DNA from: Actinomycetota bacterium
GTDB lineage: Bacteria; Actinomycetota; Acidimicrobiia; Acidimicrobiales; RAAP-2
Assembly: GCA_009699875.1 (NCBI GenBank)
Contig: WLNI01000003.1
Span: forward strand, 8,814 to 72,813
Reading direction: 5' to 3'
DNA length: 64,000 nucleotides
The notes under the pieces were generated by a model. That model was not told the origin of the DNA. It ran no database searches and was given only the letters and a program-made list of their open reading frames with translations. Position 1 is the stretch's first letter. Each line of letters begins with the position of its first letter. The position numbers were made by a program, and so were the translations under genes. Positions 28,619 to 38,385 of this stretch are shown here, in pieces.

Positions 28619-30817
28619 ATGAGAGTCCTCGCGACGTGGTGTGTGCGACATCGCCTGGTCGTCGTTCTTCTCTGGGTGGTGCTCCTCGTTGGGATGACCG
28701 CCCTGTCGGCGATCATCGGGACCGACTACAAGAGCTCATTCAATCTTCCCAATACTGAATCTACGAATGCCTACAACCTCCTGAAAACTGCTGCACCAAG
28801 CGCGTCGGGAGATTCAGAGAAGATTGTTTTTGAAGTTCCGGCCGGACAGACAGTGACGGAGCCACAGACCGAGTCTCAAGTGAACGGCATGTTGGCCCAA
28901 GTCGCAGCACTGCCTTCGGTCGTTAAAATCGTCTCGCCCTACACACCAGCAGGGGCGGCGCAGATTAGTAAAAATCAACGAGTCGCTTATGCAAACGTTT
29001 CGTTTGCCCATGCAACGTTTGACTACTCCCAGCAACAGGCAGAGTCCTTCGTCAATACCGCAACGAGTATCGCCAGTCCCACTCTGCACGTCGCCGTCTC
29101 TGGACAGATAGCGGAGAGCTCGAATAAACCGTCATTTGGGGGAACGTTGCCGGGGGTTCTCGCGGCCGGTGTCGTGCTGCTCCTGGTATTTGGTTCTATC
29201 TTTGCGATGGCGCTTCCACTCGTTTCGGCACTTGCATCACTTGGAACGGCGATTGGGCTCATGGGGTTGATGAGTCACATCATCAACATGCCGTCATTCT
29301 CTACACAGCTGGTCATCTTGATAGGTCTCGGCGTGGGGGTGGATTACGCATTATTTATTGTGACGCGATACCGCCAGGCACTTATTGCTGGAAATGATAT
29401 CGAGACAGCGATTGTGACGGCAGTTGATACGTCGGGCCGAGCGGTACTTTTTGCAGGCATTATTGTCTGCATCGCCCTTCTCGGGATGTTCGCTCTTGGG
29501 GTGAGTTTTCTCTACGGGCTCGCAATAGCAGCGGCACTTGGAGTGGCACTCACCATGATTGCCGCGCTCACTCTTTTGCCAGCACTGTTGAGCTTTATTG
29601 GCCCACGGGTACTGAGCCGTCGTCAGAAAAAGGATCTAGCGAAGAATGGTCCAAAGATTGTTGGGAGTGGGACAAAAGGTTTCTGGCCCCGCTGGGCGGA
29701 TTTGATGCGTCGGCGACCTGTCGTGCCCGCAGTCATCGCGTTGACCTTGGTCATCATCTTGACGATTCCGTTCTTCGGCCTGCGGCTTGGTCATGGCGAC
29801 CAAGGGAACGATCCCACTTCTACGACCACCCGACAGGCCTACGACATGTTGGCTCAAGGCTTCGGCCCAGGTTTCAATGGACCACTCCAGCTGGTGGCGA
29901 TTACCAATACCCCGGCTCAACTCGCGGCGGTAACTCGAGCGGTCGATGTGGTGGCACGGCAACCCGGTGTCGCCCAGGTGAGTCCAACCTATGAAATTCA
30001 AACAAAATATGGCTCAACGATCTCCATCACGACAGTGTTTCCAACGTCATCGCCTGAGTCCGTACAAACGACAAATCTGATTCTTCAATTGCGGGAATCC
30101 ACACTCCCCAATGCTCTTCATGGGACAGGTGCTGTCGTTCTGGTTGGTGGTATTACCGCAATCTTTGTTGATTTTGCTCACATTCTGTCTCTGAAATTGC
30201 CACTCTTTGTCGGTATCGTTGTTTTGCTCTCATTCCTTCTCTTGGCTGTCGTGTTCCGAAGCATCGTGATCCCCTTGACCGCAGCAGTCATGAATCTGCT
30301 CTCAATCGGAGCAGCGTTTGGGATCTTGATTGCTGTCTACCAACACGGGTGGCTCGGTGAACTCTTTGGCGTCAATAGACCGGGTCCGATTGAGACATTT
30401 ATTCCAGTCATGATGTTTGCCATTCTCTTTGGGTTGTCGATGGACTACGAAGTCTTCTTGGTAGCGCGAATACATGAAGAGTGGCTCCGCACAGGAGACA
30501 ACACCCTGGCTGTTCGAAATGGACTCGCCACCACAGGAAAGACGATTAGTGCCGCAGCGTTGATCATGATTCTTGTGTTTGGTTCATTTATCCTCGGAGG
30601 GCAGCTCATCATCCAAGAGTTTGGACTTGGTTTGGCAGCGGGAATTATCGTCGATGCGATAGTTATCCGAATGGCCATTGTTCCGTCGGTGATGCAGCTG
30701 TTAGGAAAATCGAACTGGTGGTTCCCACGCTGGCTTGATCGGCTACTCCCGCATCTCTCAGTTGATCCTGCTGATCACGAAGCCATGGTGAAAGAAACAG
30801 CTACAACCTCAGGCTAG
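28619..30817 (+). CDS. MMPL-family (RND superfamily) membrane transporter
   Basis: SD AGGAG at 28604-28608 precedes the ATG at 28619. Motifs GVDYALFIVTRYRQ and SMDYEVFLVARIHEE are present. It is divergent from the other MMPL gene. Confidence 0.85.
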   Translation: MRVLATWCVRHRLVVVLLWVVLLVGMTALSAIIGTDYKSSFNLPNTESTNAYNLLKTAAPSASGDSEKIVFEVPAGQTVTEPQTESQVNGMLAQVAALPSVVKIVSPYTPAGAAQISKNQRVAYANVSFAHATFDYSQQQAESFVNTATSIASPTLHVAVSGQIAESSNKPSFGGTLPGVLAAGVVLLLVFGSIFAMALPLVSALASLGTAIGLMGLMSHIINMPSFSTQLVILIGLGVGVDYALFIVTRYRQALIAGNDIETAIVTAVDTSGRAVLFAGIIVCIALLGMFALGVSFLYGLAIAAALGVALTMIAALTLLPALLSFIGPRVLSRRQKKDLAKNGPKIVGSGTKGFWPRWADLMRRRPVVPAVIALTLVIILTIPFFGLRLGHGDQGNDPTSTTTRQAYDMLAQGFGPGFNGPLQLVAITNTPAQLAAVTRAVDVVARQPGVAQVSPTYEIQTKYGSTISITTVFPTSSPESVQTTNLILQLRESTLPNALHGTGAVVLVGGITAIFVDFAHILSLKLPLFVGIVVLLSFLLLAVVFRSIVIPLTAAVMNLLSIGAAFGILIAVYQHGWLGELFGVNRPGPIETFIPVMMFAILFGLSMDYEVFLVARIHEEWLRTGDNTLAVRNGLATTGKTISAAALIMILVFGSFILGGQLIIQEFGLGLAAGIIVDAIVIRMAIVPSVMQLLGKSNWWFPRWLDRLLPHLSVDPADHEAMVKETATTSG

Positions 30818-32400
30818 GACGATGGTGTTGTCTCAACGACATCGTGGTCAATCACCTGATAGCGATCCAACAACTCCGTCTCTTTGGATCTTGAGGGGAA
30901 CATTGCCCACACAAGAAGCGCACCGATGAGAATAACGACGACCCCTACGCCGTAGGCCCAGTTCGCGCCATCAAGGAACGCGGTTTTCGCCCCTGAGATA
31001 ATTTCTGCAGCATTTTGAGGGTGACTTTGAGCAATTGCCGCAGCACTCGAATAAGACTTTTCAAGTTCGCTTGCAACTTGAGCACTGACATTTTTTCCTG
31101 ATGATGTGATTTCGCTTGCCACTGCTGCGGCGTAACCAGCAGTCAAAATTGCTCCGAGAATGGACTGCATGATTGACCCACCAAGGTCACGCTGGAGGTC
31201 AGCTGTCCCAGAGGCCATTCCGGCTCGGTGTGTAGGGACTGATCCAGTCAACGAATGGGAAGCAGGAGTCCCTGCGAGCCCCACGCCGATGCCAATGAGT
31301 ACGAAGGCGAGCGCCACAACGTCGTAGCGTGAGTGCTCGTCCCAAAGAAGCAACATGACGATGAATGACCAAAAGAGAAAGAAGTATCCCAAGAGCAACG
31401 TAACGCGAGAACCGAATCGTTCAATAATCCGTGCTGAAAATGGAGCCACGATGATCATCGCTACCGCCGCAGGCAGAACAGCTGCTCCAGCTTTGAGCGT
31501 CGAATAGCCGAGAACGTTCTGCATGAACTGTGAGCCAATGTAAAAAACGCCCATCAGTGTTCCAAAGACAATCATTCCCGCAAGTGCTGCAACCCAAAAG
31601 ATCCGTCGTTTTGCGATCGTCAGATCAAAGAGTGGGTCTTTAGCCCGAGATTGATGAACGAAGAACGCAGTGAGCGCAAGAATCGCGATAACTCCTGAGA
31701 CCAAGGTTACCTTTCCTTCTCCCGGGCTCGGTGCGAAGTTGATCGCAATGACGAGTGCCAGAACCCCAATAATCGAGAGGACTCCTCCCAAATTGTCCAC
31801 TGGATCAGTCGTCTCTTCTACGTGACTGGGCACGAAAAATAAAGCCATCAAGAGAGCGAGCACGGCCATCGGAGCGGTAACGAGAAAGACCGAACCCCAC
31901 CATGCAAACGTCAACAGCCATCCAGCGGCAAGCGTCGCCACGGCGATCATGGAACCCCCAACAGCGGACCATAAAGCGATTGCCTTGGTTCGCTCGTTGC
32001 CGTTCCAAAGTGCGGTGATGAGCGCCAAGGTCGTGGGGAAGGCCATTCCCGCTGCAACACCACCGAAGATTCGGGCCACAATCAGAACTTGAATATCAGG
32101 GCTCCAAGCAGCCAAGAGTGAGGCTGGAATCGTCAGCCCCATTCCGAGGAGGAGGAGCATCTTTCTTCCGTATCGGTCACCAATGGCGCCGAAATAGAGG
32201 ACGGTTCCAGCAAGTCCTAACGAGAACCCAACGCTCACAAGGTTGAGTTGCGTCTGTGAAGCCGAGAAGTGGAGCCCGATTTCAGGGATGGCAACGTTTG
32301 CCACCGCTAAGTTGAAGTTCGCAACAGATGCGACGGCGATCAACGCTATGAGCGTCCAAACCCGATTCTTGTTCGGTGCTGCTGTTTGTATGGAACTCAT
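30814..32400 (-). CDS. MFS transporter, DHA2 (EmrB/QacA-like) family
   Basis: SD GGAGGAG precedes the ATG. N-terminal NFNLAVANVAIPEIG, motif A GAIGDRYGRKM, and a length of 528 aa consistent with the 14-TMS type. Confidence 0.85.
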   Translation of the reverse strand: MSSIQTAAPNKNRVWTLIALIAVASVANFNLAVANVAIPEIGLHFSASQTQLNLVSVGFSLGLAGTVLYFGAIGDRYGRKMLLLLGMGLTIPASLLAAWSPDIQVLIVARIFGGVAAGMAFPTTLALITALWNGNERTKAIALWSAVGGSMIAVATLAAGWLLTFAWWGSVFLVTAPMAVLALLMALFFVPSHVEETTDPVDNLGGVLSIIGVLALVIAINFAPSPGEGKVTLVSGVIAILALTAFFVHQSRAKDPLFDLTIAKRRIFWVAALAGMIVFGTLMGVFYIGSQFMQNVLGYSTLKAGAAVLPAAVAMIIVAPFSARIIERFGSRVTLLLGYFFLFWSFIVMLLLWDEHSRYDVVALAFVLIGIGVGLAGTPASHSLTGSVPTHRAGMASGTADLQRDLGGSIMQSILGAILTAGYAAAVASEITSSGKNVSAQVASELEKSYSSAAAIAQSHPQNAAEIISGAKTAFLDGANWAYGVGVVVILIGALLVWAMFPSRSKETELLDRYQVIDHDVVETTPSS

Positions 32401-32482
32401 TGATCTCCTCCGACTGGCTACGACTGTAACTGAGATCGCCTCTGGGGGAGATGATCAATTCGATTTACCTTGGCGACTTGCT

Positions 32483-34051
32483 CTAACCGCCGCCTCGTCG
32501 TTGGCCAAGAGCCTCGGGAGTAGTTGTGATCCAGGAACGTAGACCTGATTTCTCAACTTTTCCTGAATGAGTCAACGGGAACTCGTCGGTCATGATGAGG
32601 TGGCGAGGAATTTTGAAATTGGCAAGAGTTCCAGTGAGTCGCTGGGCGATCTCGTCGATCGAGAGTGATGCCTCTTCGTTCAAGATGACAACAGCACAGA
32701 CATTTTCACCCCAGACAGAATCTGGAGTTCCAATTACGGCTACATCGCGGATCTCCGGGCAGTGCGCTCGAAGGGCATTCTCAACTTCCAGAGAGGAGAC
32801 GTTCTCACCACCAGTCACAATGACATCTTTCAGTCGATCAACAATTTGATAAATCCCATCGGGTCGCTCAACGGCGAGATCACCTGTCTTTAACCATCCT
32901 TCGACGAGTGTCGCTTCCGTGCCTAATTCATCGTCAAGGTATCCCTGCGTTACTTGCGCTGAACGAATGGTGAGTTCGCCTGGTTCCCCTAGAGGAACAT
33001 CATTTCCTTGACTATCTAGGAGTCGAGCTTCAACACCTGGCCCCGGCCGACCGGTCGCGCTCAAGAGAGTGGCGTCCTTGTCAAATCCCACTTGGTGATC
33101 GTGAGCATCCAGAAAGAGTGCATTCCCTGCAAGTTCTGTCATTCCAAAACCTTGTGAAAACTCGACGTGCAAGAGGTCATAGGACGATCGGAGCAAAGTA
33201 GCGGGCATCGGAGCCGCACCGTAATTGAGCTTCTTGAGGCTCGAGAGTCGAAGAACATCGCGTGGTTGGTTTTCAAGATGATGCATCAAGCTGGCCAGCA
33301 TTGTCGCAGCCATCACGGTCGCATTGATCTGATGGCGTTCAACGAGCTCAACGAACTCACGAGGATCGTAGCGATCAAAGATCACGACTGGGCGACCAAA
33401 ACTTTGATTCCGCAAGACAGAGTAGCCAGCAACGTGACAGAGGGGGAATGGAAATGCATAGACGTCCCTGTCGGACACGGGTCTTGCGTTCTCGGAGGCA
33501 GAAATTGCTGCGAAAAGGTTTTCATGCGACAGAAGAACACCCTTTGGCTTTCCTGTTGTTCCTGAGGTGAAAAGAATCCATGCGGGGTCTTCGGGATTGA
33601 GAACCGCATCAGGTGGCGCAATCTTTTCGTCAAGCGGCTCGCCGAAGTAAATGATCTCAAACGAGCCTTGCAGTGAGGCAACATCTTGCTGAAGCCTCTC
33701 GATGTCTTCACGTCGAGCTATGAGCACTTTGGCTTCAGAGCGATTGATCTGTTCGATGATCTCAACCGGCGAGAGTCGATAGTTCAGGAAACAAAGGACT
33801 CTTCCGTACTCGGGGATGCCATAGTAAGCGCTGATCCAGTCGGGATGATTGGCGCCGAGGATGGCGATTCGATCACCCGGCTCGCTCAATGATGCGGCTT
33901 TGGAGCCAAGTTGTCGAGATCGTTCAACGAGATCATCAAAACTCCAGACTTCGTCATTGTAAAAAATGGCAGGAGCCGGTCCACCGCCATCTTGGATAAC
34001 TCGATGAAGTATCTCTGGCAGGAACTGATACGAAGGTGCAACGAGTCTCAT
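32483..34051 (-). CDS. AMP-dependent acyl-CoA synthetase/ligase
   Basis: FTSGTTGKPKG, GFGMTE and C-terminal SGKVEKSGLR. I prefer the ATG at 34051 (MRLVAPSYQFLPEIL). The track GTG at 34096 is an alternative. Confidence 0.8.
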   Translation of the reverse strand: MRLVAPSYQFLPEILHRVIQDGGGPAPAIFYNDEVWSFDDLVERSRQLGSKAASLSEPGDRIAILGANHPDWISAYYGIPEYGRVLCFLNYRLSPVEIIEQINRSEAKVLIARREDIERLQQDVASLQGSFEIIYFGEPLDEKIAPPDAVLNPEDPAWILFTSGTTGKPKGVLLSHENLFAAISASENARPVSDRDVYAFPFPLCHVAGYSVLRNQSFGRPVVIFDRYDPREFVELVERHQINATVMAATMLASLMHHLENQPRDVLRLSSLKKLNYGAAPMPATLLRSSYDLLHVEFSQGFGMTELAGNALFLDAHDHQVGFDKDATLLSATGRPGPGVEARLLDSQGNDVPLGEPGELTIRSAQVTQGYLDDELGTEATLVEGWLKTGDLAVERPDGIYQIVDRLKDVIVTGGENVSSLEVENALRAHCPEIRDVAVIGTPDSVWGENVCAVVILNEEASLSIDEIAQRLTGTLANFKIPRHLIMTDEFPLTHSGKVEKSGLRSWITTTPEALGQRRGGG

Positions 34052-34255
34052 GATTCCTACTGGGAGCCAAGGGTGATGAGGGGATGCGTCATACACGACA
34101 TACTCAGAAACGATAATCGCTTCACGATGTCGTTCTTGGCGACGAGAGCGTTCGTCTCAATTCGAGACAGTTGTTCCAGGCTGGCGAAGAGGTTGTTGCG
34201 AATGCCCTGGAGGGCAAGCAAATTGTAGGCCTCGACGACAAAATTCAGAGTATCG

Positions 34256-35740
34256 ATGAGGCCTGGGGGCCTAGGCTGGTGGGGTGAACAGAGAGAAAGA
34301 ACTTCGCCCGTGAATGTGCTGCTCGTTACTTTTGATCAACTCAGAGCAGACATGGTTGGACACCCACTCGTTGCAACTCCTGCCTTCGATCGCCTCGCAG
34401 CACAAGGGGTTCACTTTGCCCGCCACTTTTCCCAAGCAGCACCTTGTGCTCCTGGACGTGCAGCTCTCTATACGGGGACGTATCAAATGAATAATCGAGT
34501 CGTCGCCAATGGGACACCTCTTGACCGACGCTTTGACAATATTGCTCACCTTGCCGCTCGGGCGGGATTTGATCCAAGTCTCTTTGGCTATACCGATCAA
34601 GGTATCGATCCTCGAGATGCGGAGAACCCAAACGATCCTCGGCTCGACTACTTCACAGGAATCCTTCCGGGGTTTACCCCCACGTTTTGGCTTCCCGACG
34701 ATCAACAGCCGTGGCTCGAGTGGCTGAGCGGACTCGGTTATGAGACTGGTGCTAATGGATATGAGCAGTTGACGACTGAATCAGATCGTCCAGCCGAGCA
34801 CTCACTCAGCGCATTTCTCACGAATCATTTTCTTGAATGGCTAACCCAACAAGACGAATCCTGGTTTGCTCACGTGAGCTATTGGCGGCCCCACCCTCCC
34901 TACTGTGCAGCAGGGGAGTTCTCAAGAATGTATGACCCGGCTGATGTTGGCGATGGGATCAGTCCCGGTGAACAGCTCCACCCACTCCATCTCGCTGCCC
35001 TTGAGATTCCTGGAAGCGCCGCTCCCTCGAGTGAAGTTGAGAGACGGGCATTGCGAGCTCAGTATTTCGGAATGGTGAGCGAGGTGGATGCTCAGTTTGG
35101 ACGAATCATCGATGCGCTTGAGGAATCAGGGATGTGGGACGAGACGATCGTCATCATGACGGCCGATCACGGAGAACAGTTAGGCGACCATGGACTTATT
35201 GAGAAGCTAGGTTTTTTTGAAGAGAGCTACAGAGTCCCTTGCATCATTCACAGCCCTCGCAATTCTGACGCCTATGGATCGGTTATCGAACGATTTACAG
35301 AAAATATAGATATTTTCCCAACCCTGGCAGTGCTTCTTGATCAAGAGATTCCAGTTCAATGCGACGGCATGCCACTGACTCAGTTCTTAGAGGGAGTGGA
35401 GCCCATTACGTGGCGAACTGCTGCTCATTACGAATGGGACTGGCGCTATCTCTTTCTGGGTGATCGAGAACCTGGCTGGCCACTTCACCGCTTCTTAGAG
35501 CATCAAAATCTTGCAGTTCTTCGAGATGATGCGGGAGCGTACGTTCACTTTGGTGACGGATCATGGATCCAGTTCGATCTAATCGCTGATCCAACGTGGC
35601 GCACCACAACGACCAATTCTGCTGAGGTCTTGCCATATACTCAAGCGATGCTTTCATGGCGACAAGAGCACTTAGAGCGATCAATGACGGACATGTTATT
35701 GACCCCGGAGCGAACTGGTCGATGGCCGGTAGAACATTAA
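34256..35740 (+). CDS. Sulfatase / phosphonate-monoester-hydrolase-like enzyme (alkaline phosphatase superfamily)
   Basis: NVLLVTFDQLRAD at the N-terminus and the formylglycine motif C-A-P-G-R (SQAAPCAPGRAALYTG). A later TADHGEQLGDHG block is present. GTG 34310 is an alternative start. Confidence 0.8.
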   Translation: MRPGGLGWWGEQRERTSPVNVLLVTFDQLRADMVGHPLVATPAFDRLAAQGVHFARHFSQAAPCAPGRAALYTGTYQMNNRVVANGTPLDRRFDNIAHLAARAGFDPSLFGYTDQGIDPRDAENPNDPRLDYFTGILPGFTPTFWLPDDQQPWLEWLSGLGYETGANGYEQLTTESDRPAEHSLSAFLTNHFLEWLTQQDESWFAHVSYWRPHPPYCAAGEFSRMYDPADVGDGISPGEQLHPLHLAALEIPGSAAPSSEVERRALRAQYFGMVSEVDAQFGRIIDALEESGMWDETIVIMTADHGEQLGDHGLIEKLGFFEESYRVPCIIHSPRNSDAYGSVIERFTENIDIFPTLAVLLDQEIPVQCDGMPLTQFLEGVEPITWRTAAHYEWDWRYLFLGDREPGWPLHRFLEHQNLAVLRDDAGAYVHFGDGSWIQFDLIADPTWRTTTTNSAEVLPYTQAMLSWRQEHLERSMTDMLLTPERTGRWPVEH

Positions 35741-37292
35741 ATGGCGGAGAGTCATCGCCGCCGCTGGCTAACGCTTCCCATCTTGTGCCTCTCGGTATTT
35801 TTGGTTGTTGTTGACAACACGATCGTCAACGTCGCGCTCCCGACGCTCAGTACTGACCTCGGAGCGTCTACGACAGGACTTCAGTGGATAGTCGACGCGT
35901 ACAGCCTCGCATTTGCTGGGCTCCTCCTCGCTGGTGGAGGGATAGGGGGACCGCTTGGGGAGAAAAGGGGTCATGCAGATTGGGCTGATTTTCTTTGGGA
36001 TCTTCTCTGTCGCTGCGGCACTGTCGCACAGCACTGGAAGCCTTATTGCAACTCGCGCACTCATGGGCGTGGCGGCAGCGTTTATCTTCCCAGCCACCTT
36101 GGCCATTTTGACAACGATCTTTACTGATCCCTCGGAGCGTCAAAAAGCTCTTGGCGTGTGGGGCGCAACCTCTGGTCTCGCTGTGGCATTTGGTCCGATA
36201 ACTGGGGGAGCACTGTTAGAACACTTTTGGTACGGATCGGTTTTTCTGATCAATATTCCCATCGTGATCGTGACGTTCATTGGCGGTCAAATCCTGATTC
36301 CAAAATTGAACCCTGAAAAGAAAAAGATATTTGATACCAGAGGAGTGGTGATCTCAACCGTGGGCGTCACGCTTCTCGTCCTCGCCATTATTGAAGGTCC
36401 CCAATGGGGCTGGACTTCTTTGGGAACACTTGTTTGTTTCGCAACTTCAATTTGTCTGCTGGTTTTGTTTGCCTGGTTGGAGCTCAGGACGCCGGAACCT
36501 CTTCTTGATGTCCGGGTGTTTGCGGTGGCTCGCTTTAGTGCAGGAGCAGGGGCGATTGCTGTCGCGTTCTTCTGTCTCTTTGGATTTATCTTTTTGATCA
36601 CGCAGTATTTTCAGTTTGTCCGGGGCTACTCAACTCTTTCCGCAGGACTTCATACACTTCCCTTTGCGATTGTCGCGGCGATCTTTACGCCGCTTGGGGC
36701 AGTGTTTGCCCTCAAGGTCGGATCTCGCCTCATTGTGGCAGCGGGGCTCCTCTTTATGGCAGCAGGACTCATCGTGGCTGGAACAACATCGACACCAACT
36801 GCAGCGTATTGGGGCCCCGTTATCACCGGGATGGTGCTACTGGCATTAGGTCTTTCTTTCGTGACTGCTCCCGCGACCGAAGCGGTGATGGGATCGCTTC
36901 GACCTGATCAAGTTGGAGCGGGAGCGGCGGTCAATAACACTACGCGAGAACTTGGCGGCACCCTCGGCGTAGCGGTGATCGGCTCTGTCTTCGCTTCGGT
37001 ATACGGACCGAAGATCGTCAGCGCATTTGCCCCATATCCAATCCCTCCGAGCGCAACGCAGTCAGCGAAAGAGTCAGTTGCAGCGGCCTACGGTGTGGTG
37101 TCCCATGCCCCACCCTCGGTCCAGGCCACACTGACGACGGCGGTCAATACTGCATTCATCTCGGGCCTCGAACTCGCGTGTTTCGTTGGAGCGGGAGTGG
37201 CAATTGTGGGAGCTATCGCAGCGATTCTCTTTCTCCCGGGAAAATCAGGAACCCCTTCGTCCCTTGGGGAAATGCTTGGGGCCGAGGCATAA
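35741..37292 (+). pseudogene. DHA2-family MFS transporter interrupted by a +1 frameshift in a G5 run (35945-35949)
   Basis: ORF 35741..36127 encodes TM1-2 (VFLVVVDNTIVNVALPTL...LLLAGGGIG) and then leaves the frame. The downstream frame, open from 35946, continues exactly with motif A: GDRLGRKGVMQIGLIFFG. Removing one G restores a 516-aa protein. Confidence 0.75.
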
Positions 37293-37428
37293 CGTCCAAC
37301 TCTGGACCAATTGTGGAGCCTCGCAGACCTGAAGGACCCTGCGGCAAGGCCTTATGACGCTCAGCCGATGGCCAGAGAGTCAGAATCGTGCCAAACTAAC
37401 GGTCACATCTGAACCTGGGAGGAATCAC

Positions 37429-38373
37429 ATGTTATTTAGCCGTTCGAAAACCCGAGTTGCCATGGGTGCAACTCTGGCTACCGTGGCACTGTTCGCTGCT
37501 GCTTGCTCGTCAAGTTCATCGACAAGTTCGACCACCACTACTGGAGCGTCAACGTCGACGACATTGCCGACGACAAATATTGCAACACAGTCAACCGTGG
37601 CTTCGGTCGCAGCACTCGTGCCGGCATCAATCTCAAAGACTGGACAAGTGACCTTTGCAATGGATGCAACGTACCCACCTGATGAGTTCATCGCTCCAGG
37701 GTCGGCCACCATCGTTGGAATGGATGCTGATTTTGCTGTTGCTATTGCACAGACCATGGGCTTAAAAGCAATACTAAAGAACGTCACGTTCGACTCGATT
37801 ATCCCAGGACTGCAAGCTGGGAAGTACGACGTTGGGAACTCTTCGTTTACTGACACCTTGGCTCGACAAAAAGTGGTCGACTTCGCTGACTATTTCCAAG
37901 CTGGTGAGGCGTTTTACACCAAGTCGGGCGACACCACCACGTATTCAAGTCTTGAGAGTCTCTGTGGCCACTCAGTAGCGGTGGAGACCGGAACGGTCGA
38001 ACAGACTGACGCTCAAGCAGCGAACAAGTCCTGCAAAAAGGCAAATAACCAGGGAGTCACCGTCCTTTCATTCGCTGATCAAAACGCCGTGAACTTGGCG
38101 GTGTCCTCGGGTCGAGCCGACGTTGGGTTCGCCGACTCACAGGTCTCTGGCTACGTGGTTACAGCATCGAATGGTGAGTTCCAGCTTTCTGGAACGGCCT
38201 TTAACGAGGCACCTTATGGCATGGCAACGCAGAAGGGCAATGGCATGGTTTCAGCTGTAGCCGCAGCGCTCACGCAACTCCAGTCGAATGGGACCTACAC
38301 CGCCATCTTGAAGAAATGGGGATTAGAGAGCGGAGCAGTTCAGTCGATCGTCATTAACGGCGCGACAAGTTAG
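37429..38373 (+). CDS. Amino-acid ABC transporter substrate-binding lipoprotein
   Basis: SD GGGAGGA precedes the ATG at 37429. Lipobox LFAAAC is followed by an S/T-rich linker. The family-3 SBP core is present (PPDEF...GMDADFA...FDSIIPGLQAGKYD). Confidence 0.85.
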   Translation: MLFSRSKTRVAMGATLATVALFAAACSSSSSTSSTTTTGASTSTTLPTTNIATQSTVASVAALVPASISKTGQVTFAMDATYPPDEFIAPGSATIVGMDADFAVAIAQTMGLKAILKNVTFDSIIPGLQAGKYDVGNSSFTDTLARQKVVDFADYFQAGEAFYTKSGDTTTYSSLESLCGHSVAVETGTVEQTDAQAANKSCKKANNQGVTVLSFADQNAVNLAVSSGRADVGFADSQVSGYVVTASNGEFQLSGTAFNEAPYGMATQKGNGMVSAVAAALTQLQSNGTYTAILKKWGLESGAVQSIVINGATS

Positions 38374-38385
38374 TTTTAACGCTCA

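Noticed and set aside
35955-37292. Treating 35741..36127 and 35955..37292 as two separate genes.
   Set aside because: The two pieces are consecutive halves of one DHA2 transporter, and motif A is reconstituted by removing one G. I call it a frameshifted gene instead.
22874-37292. A tRNA-Gly-anchored genomic island.
   Set aside because: I saw no integrase, recombinase or transposase, and no repeat of the tRNA 3' end by eye. Only an impression of lower GC in the GH5 gene remains, which I kept as a low-key finding.
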